DNA from: Perna viridis
Taxonomy: Eukaryota
DNA length: 64,000 nucleotides
Assembly: GCA_037379345.1 (NCBI GenBank)
Contig: CM074517.1
Location: forward strand, 23,436,001-23,500,000
Direction of reading: 5' to 3'
The translations under genes were made by a program, and so were the position numbers. The notes beneath the pieces were generated by a model. The model searched no databases, was not told where the DNA came from, and worked only from the letters and a program-made list of their open reading frames with translations. Each line of letters starts with the position of its first letter. Within the stretch, counting starts at the first letter, position 1. Positions 13,146-26,270 of this stretch are shown piece by piece.

Positions 13146-16100
13146 ATGGTATTATATTCTTTCCTCTTTATGACAGGCCTCCTTGTACAGACTAAATATG
13201 GTGAGTTTGCATTTCATTTCAATATTTACGACCACATTTTAAAAGATGTGCTTTGCTATTGAGTTCTACTGATTTTTTAGGATTGATTTTCTCTCATTGA
13301 AATATATTCTTCAACATTTGGTGAGTATTTTGTAGACTTCAACAACAGTCAGCTCCAAAATTAAAATGATTTTACTTCTTATCTTGATTACACAGATTTT
13401 AAAGATATATCAAGGGTCATCTGGTTTTTAACATTTTCAAGATGAAATGACTTTTTTCAGATGTTCAAATGGACTTGCTTTAATACAAAATTTAATTTTC
13501 GAACGAGAGAATACTGCTGATCCTGATGGAAATACATCTATGATACCCCTGCCAGGGGCACAGTTCCTTCTAAGGCAGGTACTGCTAGACCAGTACCATT
13601 TTTTTATTTTTGATACATCATGCAGTACCTTAAAATAGTATTTTACTCCCTAACTAATTAAATTCAAATACAACTGCCATAATAATTGGGTGGTCCTGCC
13701 ATTTTTAACAAAGTCATTATTATGTAAAAGAAGTCAATTGGAGAGTCATATTGCTCAAACTTTAAATTGGTGATAGCTATGTATGTCCACATGATTTAGA
13801 AATAAGAATGGAATGTTGATTTAGTTACAGGAAAGTGTCTGTCCAATACCAGATACAGAACAATGGATGGTTCCTGTAATAACTTGTTACATCCATCATG
13901 GGGTAAAGCTGGCACTATACAGAGAAGGCTACTAGATAAAGATGGACTGCCTATGGTAGAATATGGTGATGGTAAGTAAGTGGCAAAGTCTTACATTCCA
14001 AGGTTATTTTACTTCTCAAAATAAATTGCTATAACGTATCTGTTGAGAAACAAGATATCCATCAAGTCATGATTCAAGACTGTTTCTCTAAATTTCAACA
14101 AGCTGAAAGCTAGATCTTATGTCTTTTTTTTAGGTTTACGAATACTGGTATTGATAAAGTTTTAAAAGTTTACATGTAAAATGTGTACCATATATATTTA
14201 GATTATAATTCTCCACGAGGCTATCCAAATAAGCTTCCTGATGCCAGGATGGTGAGTAGAGTGATAGCCACATCTACCAGCAACAATGTGATGGACAACA
14301 AGAGAACAGGACAACATATGTCGTATGGACAGTTACTCGCTCATGATTTTATAGAAACAAAGATACCTTCAGGTTTGTGGACAAGGATCCATTAAATTGT
14401 CTGAAATGAGCAATTCTAGTAGATGGGCATTGTATGTACAATGTTTATAAAAGCAAGCATACTGTGAGAAAAAAAACATCTTCGTAATGCAAAAAAAGAA
14501 TTTCATGTGAATTTATATGTCATTGAATTTATTGAGTGTTCACAGCATTTTCATATTTATTTAGGCTTCAGTAAACCTCATATGTAAGATACTATTCTAT
14601 TAAATGGGAGATAACTCAATTTATTAAAGTATAGTTTTTTTTCAAAATTACATTAACAATTGTGGCATCTTTTTTCTTGACCTATTACATTCAGTTAGGT
14701 TTCCTTTGTAGGTATAAATTGCTGTAATGCATCAGACATGGTTTATAACAAGTAAGCTTTTGTGTATCTGCCATCAAAATAAAATCCTTCCAAATTTTAG
14801 TATGTGTTATTTGAAATTGTTGAATGTTGTCTAAGGGTTGAAAAACCTCCTAAAATAAAATTGAAATTAAGTATGAAATATCACGATGCAACATCTTGAA
14901 ATGTATGTTTTATAGTGTATCATTTATCTTGGGTCAGGTTGAGTCAATTTGTGAAGAATTATTGCACTAGAAAATGAATTATATCATCTTCAGGAGTAAT
15001 CTAAGTCACAAAGTTTTAGTTGCTTTTGTCAATATTAAGAAAATTTTGGTTTTCTTTATGTTTTTAATTCAAGATCTTTATTTTTTTCAGCATAGATTTC
15101 TGCTTCCCATTTCAAGTCCCCTCAGGTGATAGATATTTTTCGCCTGGATGTAAAAATTTTGTGAGAGCAACAAAGGCATCATCTCCAAATTATGGAAGCT
15201 TACCAGGTAAAGGTATATATATTCATAAATAATTCAATTCAATTTGATTTGTAACAACCTAGCTTTCTGATTGGTTGGTTCTCTTTGAGCAAACCAGTTT
15301 ACTTTGTATAATCTGGCTTGGTACTATGATGATATGAACATCAATTGGACGACACTTCATGATTCAAATAATCCAAAACAAAATAACATTTTGATTACAA
15401 ATCAGTTATTTGGACTGTCATTAATTAGAAAGTAAATTATTATGAATGTTTATAATTGTTTAACAGGTTTCAAAAACCTGGGTAGGGCCAGTTTACAACT
15501 TGTTCAAAAATAAGAAAAATTCCTGAAGTAAAATCCAATTCTGAAAACCTTAAAAAATTTACAGAAGAAAAATATTTTATACAATCATCTACTGTGAAAG
15601 TACTGTTTTTATGGAGTTCCAATTTTCATGGTTTTTGTCAGTAGGTCAGTAGGTCAAACCACGAAATTTGGTTCCTGACGAATAGTTGTTTCCCATTGGT
15701 GTGTGTACTGATAACTTAAAAACCACAAATTCAAGAATCCACGAACTTGAGTTTATTCCCTGATCCACGAAAATTAGTATCCATGAACAAAATTGCTTTC
15801 ACAGTACATTTTGACTGCTTGAATTTTTATTGAGTTAAAAATTGTATTATTTCAGCTTACAGAGAGCAGGTTAATCTATTGAGTTCCTTCATTGATTGTT
15901 CATTCTTGTACGGGGACACAGAATACTACACAGCCAAACTCAGGGTTACTAACAGTTGTAAGTTTTGTTGTTCTAAGAGGTTGTCCATACATATTATTCA
16001 TACAACATATATCTTTACGCTAGCTGCTGAACTCTCTCTCTTTTGGTCCATGTAGCAAAAAAAAAAGATAAGGATCGTAAGAGTTATGGTTCCATAGCTA

Positions 16101-19100
16101 TCCTTACACTAGTCAAACAGCCCAGAGTTATATTGAAGATCTGTGAATGTTGCAATACTATTAACAAATCTATAACATGGATTTTTCTTGATATGGATAT
16201 TTATTAGAATACATGTATATGCATTTTATTAAATTCAATACAACACTGATGCTGGATTTATCTCCAAATAATAAGTGCATTGAATGTTTTTTTTTGTCTC
16301 ATGCAATGAGTTGCAAGGGGCCATGGAAATGCTGGGTGCCTGTCCGTCCGCATTTTCCGCACTTTTTTTGGGGACATTGGAATGCTGTTCCTTTTATCAT
16401 TTTATAGCAGACACAGCAGGAAAATGATAATTCTGATAGCCAGTATTACACTTGTAGTGCACAGTTGCCTTAGGTGAAATACTTGTACATAATCAACTAA
16501 CCAGTCTGGCAACTGTTGGCACAAAACAGAAGTTCCTCTGTTCCAAACAGAAAACATTATGGAATTTATAATATTTGTTCCTTTAAGAATTTGCAATAAT
16601 AAAAATTTTGTCTACTGAAAAATAACAAAAAGTGCAATAAACAAAATATGCACATGGAAAATTTATGTTATTTTTCAATAGACATTATTTTTATTATTGC
16701 CAATTCTTATAAATTAATTTTGAAAGATATTTTTATCTTTAAACATGAAAAAAGTAGCTCGGAATTCAACTGAATAGGGGCGTGTCAATATTTTTTTGTC
16801 CATTGAGATATAACAGAATTATTTTAACCAAAATTATTTTAACCAATCAGATTACAGTATTTATCTCAAATTAATTTATTATGGAAGAAATGTTATTTAT
16901 ATAATGTTGATTATAAATTAGTGTTTGTTATAGTTACTACAGGAACATTGGTTATAAAGAACAAAATTACATTGACAGCTACAGGAAAATAAAACAAGTG
17001 ATATGAAAAACATCAAAAATAAGTAAATATAATATTTAAAGAATTTTGATAGGGATATTACATCCTTTAGTTAGGGATGTGAAGGTGGACTTTAAACTAT
17101 GACTTGCACGGATGAGGATACTGCTACATGTATTACATGTATAATGGTTTTATTTGATGTGTTAAATATTTCAGGTTTATTAAAAACAGATGAAGGAGAC
17201 CTGTTACCAACATATGACAAAGGACCATGTTTTAAACTTGATCCTGCTCATGATAAGTGTCCCCTTTCTGGTAAGTTTTCATTTTAAAATAATTCCCTTC
17301 ATGGCAATCACAGTGAAAACCTAACAGTAAAACCTGTCTAAAGTGAATCTCATTGGGACTAATTAGACAGGTGTATGACCCTAATTCAAATGGACTTTAT
17401 AACATCATTGACTTATGGTATTTTTGATATTTTAGTATTTAGGATCCTACAAAACCAATCATTCTTTCAGATGATACTAACTCCAAAAATTTACAAGTTG
17501 GATTCTTGTATTCTGTAATTGTTACTTGTACCATCAAGTTCTAACTTTATTATGTACAATTAGTTTCATATTCCAGGAGACAGAAGAGTTCATGAAGCTC
17601 CCAATCTCGGATTGAATGCTCTAGTTTTTGTCAGAGAACACAACAGAATATGTGATCAACTCCGCCAACTGAACCCACACTGGCATTATGAGAAAACTTT
17701 TCAAGAGACCAGAAAACTATTAATTGCTGAGGTTCAGCATATTACCTACAATCACTTTCTGCCATTGGTTATTGGTCACATAAACATGTGTGTATATGGA
17801 CTATACTCTAAATTAAAAGGCCATGACAATGTTTATAACTCCAAGATTGACCCATCAATATTCAACAGTTTTGGAGCCACTGCTTGGCGATATGGACATT
17901 CTCAAATTATGCCAGAGATCTCAGAGTTAAAACAGAATTTTCGAACAATAAATGTACATAAGATTGAAGACAATCTTTTCTCTCCTAATCTATACCAGCA
18001 TAACTATGGTGATAGAGTGGAGGATCTTAGTAGATGGCTGGCTGTTAAACCTGCCAGTAAAATTGATCAGTAAGTGTCAGAAAAGTAGCTGTAACTATTT
18101 GTTGTCATCATGGTCATTCCAACAGAGAAGTTTGGCAGCATGATAAACCATCTAGTAATACAAAAAATGTAAAGTATTCCAGGGTTAGAACTTTTCACTT
18201 TATATTCTATTAATTGCTGACTAAAACATAAGATGAAACTAACTGGTTTGCTGTCTTTAACCATAGTAATGTTGGTAATTTCGAAATTTTTAATCAGATA
18301 ATGCTTTACTTCTAATACAATTGTATATCAACAGATTTCAAGTTGGAGGGATCCAAAACAAATTATTTTATCTATCATCTCCCCCTGGATCTGATCTGTT
18401 TGCCATGAATGTACAGAGAGGTAGAGACCAAGGAATCCCAGGGTACAACAAGTGGAGACAACTCTGTGGGCTAAACAGTTTTATTAGTTTTAAAGACTTT
18501 GGAGATGTAGGAGATGAGCTAGCCAGTATTTATAGGTTCATAAAGTAGTATATTTGTTTTTAATAGGAACATTAGAAATTAATTATTTTCATACCTAGAT
18601 GAAGTTTGTTATGGGTGTTAAAGAGTATTGACTAAATATAAAAGGAGATAATTCATTCTTTTAAGTCTTAAAACAAATACACTCTGACAGAAAATTAATG
18701 ATTTTAAATTAGTTTGTTATTTATGATTACACAGCAATGTTGATGACATAGATCTGTATGTTGGAGGAGTATTAGAGACAGGTCCAGATGGAACAGTTGG
18801 TCCAACATTTGCTTGTCTGATTGGAATTCAATTTAAACTACTGAAAATAGGAGACAGACATTGGTATGAATCTGATGACCCAGTCCTGGCATTTACAGCA
18901 GGTATATACAGACATTGGTATGAATCTGATGAAACGGTCCTAGCATTTACAGCAGGTATATCATAGATATTGGTATGAATCTGATGACCCAGTCCTGACA
19001 TTTACAGCAGGTATATACAGACATTGGTATGAATCTGATGGCCTAGTCTTGGCATTTACAGCAAGTATATCATAGATATTGGTATGAATCTGATGGCCCA

Positions 19101-22100
19101 GTCCTGGCATTTACAACAGGTATATCGTAAATCCAAGTTGGTATGAATCTGATGATCCAGTCTTGGCATTTACAACAGGTATATCATAGACATTGGTATA
19201 AATCTGATGGCCCAGTCCTGGCATTTACAACAGGTATATCGTAAATCCAAGTTGGTATGAATCTGATGATCCAGTCTTGGCATTTACAACAGGTATATCA
19301 TAGACATTGGTATAAATCTGATGACCCAGTCCTGGCATTTACAGCAGGTATATACAGACATTGGTATGAATTTGATGACCCAATCCTGGCATTTACAGCA
19401 GGTATATACAGACATTGGTATGAATCTGATGACCCAGTCTTGGCATTTACAGCAGGTATATCATAGATATTGGTATGAATCTGATGGCCCAGTCTTGGCA
19501 TTTACAACAGGTATATACAGACATTGGTATGAATCTGATGACCCAGTCCTGGCATTTACAGCAAGTATATCATAGATATTGGTATGAATCTGATGGCCCA
19601 GTCCTGGCATTTACAACAGGTATATCGTAAATCCAAGTTGGTATGAATCTGATGATCCAGTCTTGGCATTTACAACAGGTATATCATAGACATTGGTATA
19701 AATCTGATGACCCAGTCCTGGCATTTACAGCAGGTATATACAGACATTGGTATGAATCTGATGACCCAGTCTTGGCATTTACAGCAGGTATATCATAGAT
19801 GTTGGTATGAATCTGATGACCCAGTCCTGGCATTTACAGCAGGTATATACAGACATTGGTATGAATCTGATGACCCAGTCCTGGCATTTACAGCAGGTAT
19901 ATACAGACATTGGTATAAATCTGATGACCCAGTCTTGGCATTTACAGCAGGTATATCATAGATGTTGGTATAAATCTAATGACCCAGTCTTGGCATTTAC
20001 AGCAGGTATATCATAGATATTGGTATGAATCTGATGGCCCAGTCTTGGCATTTACAACAGGTATATACAGACATTGGTATGAATCTGATGGCCTAGTCTT
20101 GGCATTTACAGCAGGTATATACAGACATTGGTATGAATCTGATGGCCCAGTCTTGGCATTTACAACAGGTATATACAGACATTGGTATAAATCTGATGAC
20201 CCAGTCCTGGCATTTACAGCAGGTATATCATAGATATTGGTATAAATCTGATGACCCAGTCCTGGCATTTACAGCAGGTATAACATAGATATTGATATAA
20301 ATCTGATGACCCAGTCTTGAAATTTACAGCAGGTATATCATAAATACAAGTTGTAATCTTTTGGTGGTGTACTTTTTGAGGCAAAAAAGAGTCAACAGGT
20401 AAAACAGAAACTCTCATATAGACAAAGTTACTACTGGGTACTTTCTCTCCATAGTTGAAAACTACAACATACCACAAGTCAAGAATGTCCCCTTAAATTG
20501 TCTTCTAGGTATATCAAGCTATTAAACAATATCATTGTCTCAATCAAACTGCCCTGGTTTTGAACAAGAAGTAAAAATTTAAGTTTGTTATATCCTGTTC
20601 ATAGTTTTATGTTTTGAAGATAACAAAATAATATTAGAGAATAAATCAGTCACTAGCACATGCATTAGAAAGACATTCATACAGTGTATGTACAAAAACT
20701 CAGAAAGAACCAAGTGTAGAAAAAATGCATGCCTAAAAAAACTAAGAAAAAGAAGGCACAAAATGACATTTAATGCACCTTCTCCTTTTTCATTACAGAT
20801 CAGCTGAATTCTATCAAAGCAAACACATCTTTAGCCAAGATTTGGTGTAAAAATTTTGGTTTGGATTACATACAGCACGATATTTTTCAAGTGCAATCAC
20901 CTTGCAAGTACGTTTCATCTCATTCAATTTTTTTTTTAATAGGCAGGTTGACATCAAATTGTCTCATAATCATTGCTTACGTTTTTTATATCACTGTAAT
21001 GGCCTAAGATATGCCTTAAATAGAAAACTACAATTTGGATTTTGCTGAAAATTGAACTTAATCTATATTTCATGGTACTAAACAACTGTGCTAAGTTTAA
21101 AAAAAATCATTGCTCAATTCTAAAGTAGTACTCCAGCTAAGAATTATGCAAAATGTGAATCATGGGTGAAAAACCTTCATATTTTTTTGGGGGATATTTT
21201 GTTTGAAATGCCATAGTAAACAGAAATTAACAGTTGGTTTATCATATAACCCGTGCTCTTACGAGAAAAATATTATAAAGAATGCACTGTAGATTTCAAA
21301 ATTAAAGGAGACAACTCTGTAAATGACACTCAAATACAATAGAATCCATTACATTTTCAATGTTGATTATCTCCTAAGACCAGGCAGATACAAATAAATA
21401 ATTATGCATTTCATAATGTAGACCCATAAAATAACTTAATTACAAAAATAAAAATATGTAGCCTTTTTTTTGGGTGCATCACAATTTTTAGATTTTGCAT
21501 GATTCTTACAAAGATTGCTACTTAAGTTATTATTTGGAAACCATCAGGGGATGACAGATGGACATGCAGTCCACACAACTTTTGGAGGGTACCACATAAA
21601 ACCTTGCCACCTCGTGTGGAGGTATATGACAAAAGAGAAATGTTAAATTTGCCAATAAAATCAAGGACAAAGTGTATTTCTGTGTACCATATACAGTTTT
21701 AGGATGACTATAGTATGTTTGAGTTTATGAGCATGTGGTGTTCCATTTTCAAATGTGCATTATTTTGCATTGATATTATTTCACAGACAGGAAAAAACAA
21801 GTGGTGTATAATAAAACAGGCAATCTTAGAAATCAAAATTATAGTGTAACAACTAGAATCCTTGATGAAATGACTAAACACATAGTAAAATTAGGTCTAA
21901 ACATGAAGTTACACACATTGTCATGCTCGGTACACTCATACAGGAAGCTGATATCAGACAGCACCCTATATTGTTTACAGTTTATGCTTTATCAATATAT
22001 CACCAAATTTTGAATTAATCCACCCACTGAGATCTACGACTTTTATGATGAAAAGATTTTTTTCTATAATTTCAAAAAGTAAAAAAATGGAAAAGATCCA

Positions 22101-22471
22101 CAATAGGAAGTTGATAACGGAGAGTACACAAAATCACTTACATCATATGCCTTATCTACATAAAGTCACATGCCAAATTTGAAATCAATCCATCCACTGG
22201 AAGCCAAGATAATGTGACAAAGTTTGGATGAATGGCACGACAGATAAATGGATGGACAAGGTGATTCCAATATACCACAAACTCATCAAACGGGGGTATA
22301 ACATGAGGTGATAAATGAAAATCTGAAAACAAGTTACTTCTGAAATAAAATTCGTGAAACATTTTTCTCTTCAATATTATTCAGTTATATTTATTTGTTT
22401 ACAGTAAACTTACTTTCTGTGACAGTCTACCTGAAGTGGATCTAAGCTTATGGAAGGATGGGAAAAGTTGA
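13146..22471 (+). CDS. Secreted animal heme peroxidase (peroxidase-cyclooxygenase superfamily; peroxinectin/chorion-peroxidase-like), about 585 aa
   Basis: Exons 13146-13200 (signal peptide MVLYSFLFMTGLLVQTKYG; least certain exon), 13831-13971 (YRTMDGSCNN), 14202-14372 (GQLLAHD, distal His), 14712-14751, 15091-15206, 15856-15957 (REQVNLLSSFIDCSFLYG), 17175-17270, 17577-18069 (GDRRVHE, REHNR, RYGHS proximal His), 18335-18535 (NVQRGRDQG), 18735-18901 (DIDLYVGG, GPTFACLIG, GDRHWYE), 20799-20907, 22405-22471 (DLSLWKDGKS*). Lengths sum to 1758 nt with an open frame. Confidence 0.93.
15590..15806. mobile_element. MITE, TACTGT..ACAGTA family
   Basis: Inverted ends CTGTGAAAG / CTTTCACAG with TA flanks; homologous copies at 22764-22962 and 26412-26627 share AATTCAAGAATCCAC and TCCACGAAAA. 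Confidence 0.8.
18854..20341 (+). repeat. 27-copy tandem array (54/55/59-bp units) of a peroxidase exon 3' end plus splice donor
   Basis: Unit ACAGACATTGGTATGAATCTGATGACCCAGTCCTGGCATTTACAGCAG|GTATAT; the first copy is the coding exon end (RHWYESDDPVLAFTA). Confidence 0.97.
21125..21521. mobile_element. TTAA-type non-autonomous DNA transposon
   Basis: Ends GTAGTAC..AAGAATTATGCAAAAT / ATTTTGCATGATTCTT..GCTAC|TTAA; reverse-complement homologue of 47483-47876. Confidence 0.75.
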
Positions 22472-22763
22472 CAAAAGGATTATAAAACTTTGCACAGTTT
22501 TGGGTGCAACAAACCTGATTTGTAGATTACAGTTAAACATTCCTATAAATCTAAAAATTATTGTTATGTTTTTTTTTTTTTTCATTGTGAAAATTGCTAC
22601 TGGGACTTAATACAAAAAATTTCAATTAGCATTTTGAAATTTCATTTTGAGCATTATACTTGTACTGATATTACAAACATTACAATCAAATAAGGCACAG
22701 ATCCTATAAAAGGAGTGGCGGTCACCACCCCTTTAATTTATGAAATTACAGTATAATCAACCA

Positions 22764-22962
22764 CTGTGAAAGTACTATTGTTCATGGGTTACCAATTTTT
22801 GTGGTTTTCATTGGTAAGCTAGCCCAATTAAATTAGGTTCCCAACGAAAAGGAGATTCCCACTGATGTGTGTACAGAAAATCATGAATTCAAGAATCCAC
22901 AAGCTTGTGTATTTTCCCTAATCCACGAAAACTGGTATCCACAAATTAAAGTACTTTCACAG
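22764..22962. mobile_element. MITE, TACTGT..ACAGTA family
   Basis: CTGTGAAAGTACT ... AGTACTTTCACAG TIRs; homologous to 15590-15806. Confidence 0.8.
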
Positions 22963-25189
22963 TAAACAAGAGAGTTTGACCACACCCATCCAAATTTCCC
23001 TGTTACATGTGACCTATGCTTCAGAAATGACCCAGGAACAGTAATGTATTTTATTAGCTAAAACATTGGCAATATCAAATAGCTTTACAAAACTGAACAT
23101 TTAGCAACTTTACATGTAGAGTTAATGCCCATACAAATAATGATGTAATTCACAATGAAATAGTGTTAATGAATAAACAGCTGTGCTAAATCACTCAATA
23201 CATCTGTCCCAATTTCAGGTCTTTTTTGGGTTTCTCAAGTGTGAAACTAACACTGAGAATAATTGAAAATAAACATTGTCATACCTGTTAACCTTTGAAA
23301 GAGTTCATATGGGTGATTTTAACACTGTCTTGTGTAGGGGGTTTTTATGTAATTTACACAATAATTCAATTATTTAGTATTTTTCTACAGAAAATATAGG
23401 AATTTTAATAAAAAAAAATCCTACAAATCTTTCATTTCAATGTGGGAGATTCTAAATTTGTCACTGATTTTGTGGGAGTCTCCCCCCTAATGTGGGAGGT
23501 TTAACAGGTATGATTTTTTCCCAAATAATTAGTTTTAAAATAAAGGTACATGAGAGCTTGTGTAACCTGTGGTAATAAAAAAAAGTAAACCATAATACAT
23601 TTGTCAATAGAATGCCTTATAAAAACACACCTGATGCTGCCCAATTCCCAGTAATTAAAAAAAATCTGTTTCAAATGTAACAAATGATAACTGCTCCATC
23701 ACCATGAAGCTACATATTAAAGGACTAAGTATATTTACGGGAGTTTTTGACTTTCCGTTACATGATAATTTGCCCATTTGTTGCCAAATTTGATAAGGCA
23801 CAGGACCATTACCACATAAAGTTTTTTTTTAATTAAAAATTTTCTTGTAATGACAAGTCAAATGTTGTTTTAAAAAAAATAGCTGAACTGGATAGATAAC
23901 TGATCATTTTTTATTCAAAATTGCAATTCCTGTTCAAAGATAAACCCACAAATATTTGTGAACTAATATTAGTCTTTCAATACTGGAAGATTTTAAAGGT
24001 TTACATTTGTACTGGTTCTTGTCTGGTCTTGCAATATCTCAAGTAAATAATCTTACTTTGTCTAGTGGTAATGACAAAATTGTGCAGTATGGACTAATTT
24101 TAAATAAACCCTATTTAACTTGAGGTCTATCACCTAAAATCAACAAGTAAAAATATGCTTGGACTTGTCTATTTTCACATAAATTAGGAGGCCAATATTA
24201 CATGTACATGTACCACAACCTTTGAAATAATCTCAATAAGTAGAAGCCAGACTATTTGGACCAAATGACTAGACAGACAAAGTTATTCCAATATACAACC
24301 CACTTGGGCAGTAAAGGTGTAATACAACTTGTTTTAGTAGATCTTCAAAAAAAACCAAAAAAAAAAAAACTTATAAAGTTACATAAAGTGCTTATTAATG
24401 CTGAGATATTTGGTATACATGTACTTTTCAGTAACTTCATAGAAAACAAAATATAAGAATAATATAGACTTTCTGTAATTAACATTACTATGTGTATACT
24501 TCATAACTTCATGTGAATCCCTGAATTAAAATGGTGATGAAAATGTTTGAGTATTTTACACAATATTCATTGTACATGTATTATATAAAAACTAATGCCT
24601 TTACAGCCTATGAAATACACAAAACTAATGATTTTGTACAAAGCTATGAAATAATTGCACTATTTTTGGACAATATCAAATACGCAGAAAAGCATCAGAA
24701 ATTTGTTTTTTTTTTTAATTTTAAATGTTAATGAATGGTCTTTATTTGAAGACAGATTATAAGTTGTTTGTTTCTATTGGAAAGTCTTCAAACTCCTGGA
24801 AAAGTATCTAGTTGACAAACTAAGCACTTTGTAGTTTTAACCAGATACAATTGTAACTTCAAAACTAGAGATTTATACCTAAAACACATTTTGCACATGT
24901 TCAGATTGCACTGAATAAAAAAAAAACCTAAAGATACAAGATTACAAAAACACATGTGAATGTAGAAAGAAATTCTTAACATTATGTGACACTGACAATT
25001 GGAATAAATATTGCAAAATTTCTTCAGTAAAAAACTCAACCAAGGAGTCAAAAAGACAATTAAAGACCTTGCAATATGTTCAGACTCATATGAACAAATT
25101 ACTGTCAAGATATAAAAATAAGAACACACAGAAATAAATGTGAATAGATTATCTTAACACTTTGTGACACTGACTGCTTTCTTCATGTA

Positions 25190-25489
25190 CACAGGAAAAA
25201 TTGCAACAAATGTTTTCCTATGTTTCAAAACAAATGGACACATATTTTTAGGACCACTATGGACATTTACATTTATATATATTTTTGCACATTAAATCTC
25301 ATCAACTGTATATTTTGCCCCAATCCAAGAAAATATATGCCTTTAATGAATGAAATCATGTAGCAAAGATTTGTTTTCCTATTATTTTTTTAATAAAAGA
25401 TAAACATATATTTATATCTAAATGAAAGCACATGTATTTAATGGTGGTCCTAAACATGTGTAAAAACATATGTTGCAATTTTTCCTGTG
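25190..25489. mobile_element. Fold-back MITE with perfect 19-bp TIRs, in the presumed TNNI3K 3' UTR
   Basis: TA|CACAGGAAAAATTGCAACA ... TGTTGCAATTTTTCCTGTG|TA. Confidence 0.8.
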
Positions 25490-26270
25490 TAAAAAAAAAC
25501 AAACCAAGAAGTCACAAAGAAAAAACATAATTAACAATCATAACACTAAAAATAAAGCTACATAGTTACCATAATCAATGTTGTTTATATAAATAACAAA
25601 ATGCTGATCACAAAACCATTTGATATGTGACTCTCTCACATCTGGAGACACATGTACACATATTAGGCACTTCCTTGAGCTGTAAATAAGCTATCCAGGA
25701 CTAAGTTTACTGGTGAGGTAAACGTATATGTACATGTAGAGTGTGTTGTATTTCTTTAAGAAATATTACTACAATTTAAAATCCCATGCTCTCATGTAAA
25801 TAGAAAATATCTTCCAAGAAAACAGCATCTCTAGGGAATATGGGATATCTAATAATTGTGGTCAATCAATGACCCTTTGAACATCCTATAGGTCTGATGG
25901 ATATCAACAATTCTAAGGTAGTTCATCTCACAATATTGATCATGATCAGTTTCTTTCAAACACCTGCTAAAAGTTTCTAGCACTTTTATTAATTAAATCA
26001 ACAGAAACCTGGTCTAAGCTTGACAAAGATTTGCTTCAGCATTGCAGATGGGTGGTAGTTTTATCATTCATTCCATCAAGCACATTGCATCAAAAGATGT
26101 GATGTATAAAAATTACGTATGGCACTTCAAAACTAAGCATCTGTGATGTCAAATATTCCATCATTGTAGCCTGGTCAATACTTGGAGCTATCTACTTCAA
26201 CTTGTGTATGAGCATGTACCTTACTAATTGAGTCACTATAGGGATAATCATCTTTGAAGTTATTCAGCCA

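Noticed and set aside
13461-13578. Reading with two in-frame TGA codons as selenocysteine
   Set aside because: No SECIS identified, and a clean alternative splice path exists.
18854-20341. CRISPR-like appearance, and CTGATGA (hammerhead core or snoRNA C-box-like) in many units
   Set aside because: No unique spacers and no cas genes in this eukaryotic context. CTGATGA is part of the Ser-Asp-Asp codons and lacks the downstream GAAA needed for a hammerhead.
19257-20477. Several 67-87 aa ORFs on both strands
   Set aside because: By-products of the 54-bp repeat being stop-free in more than one frame; not independent genes.
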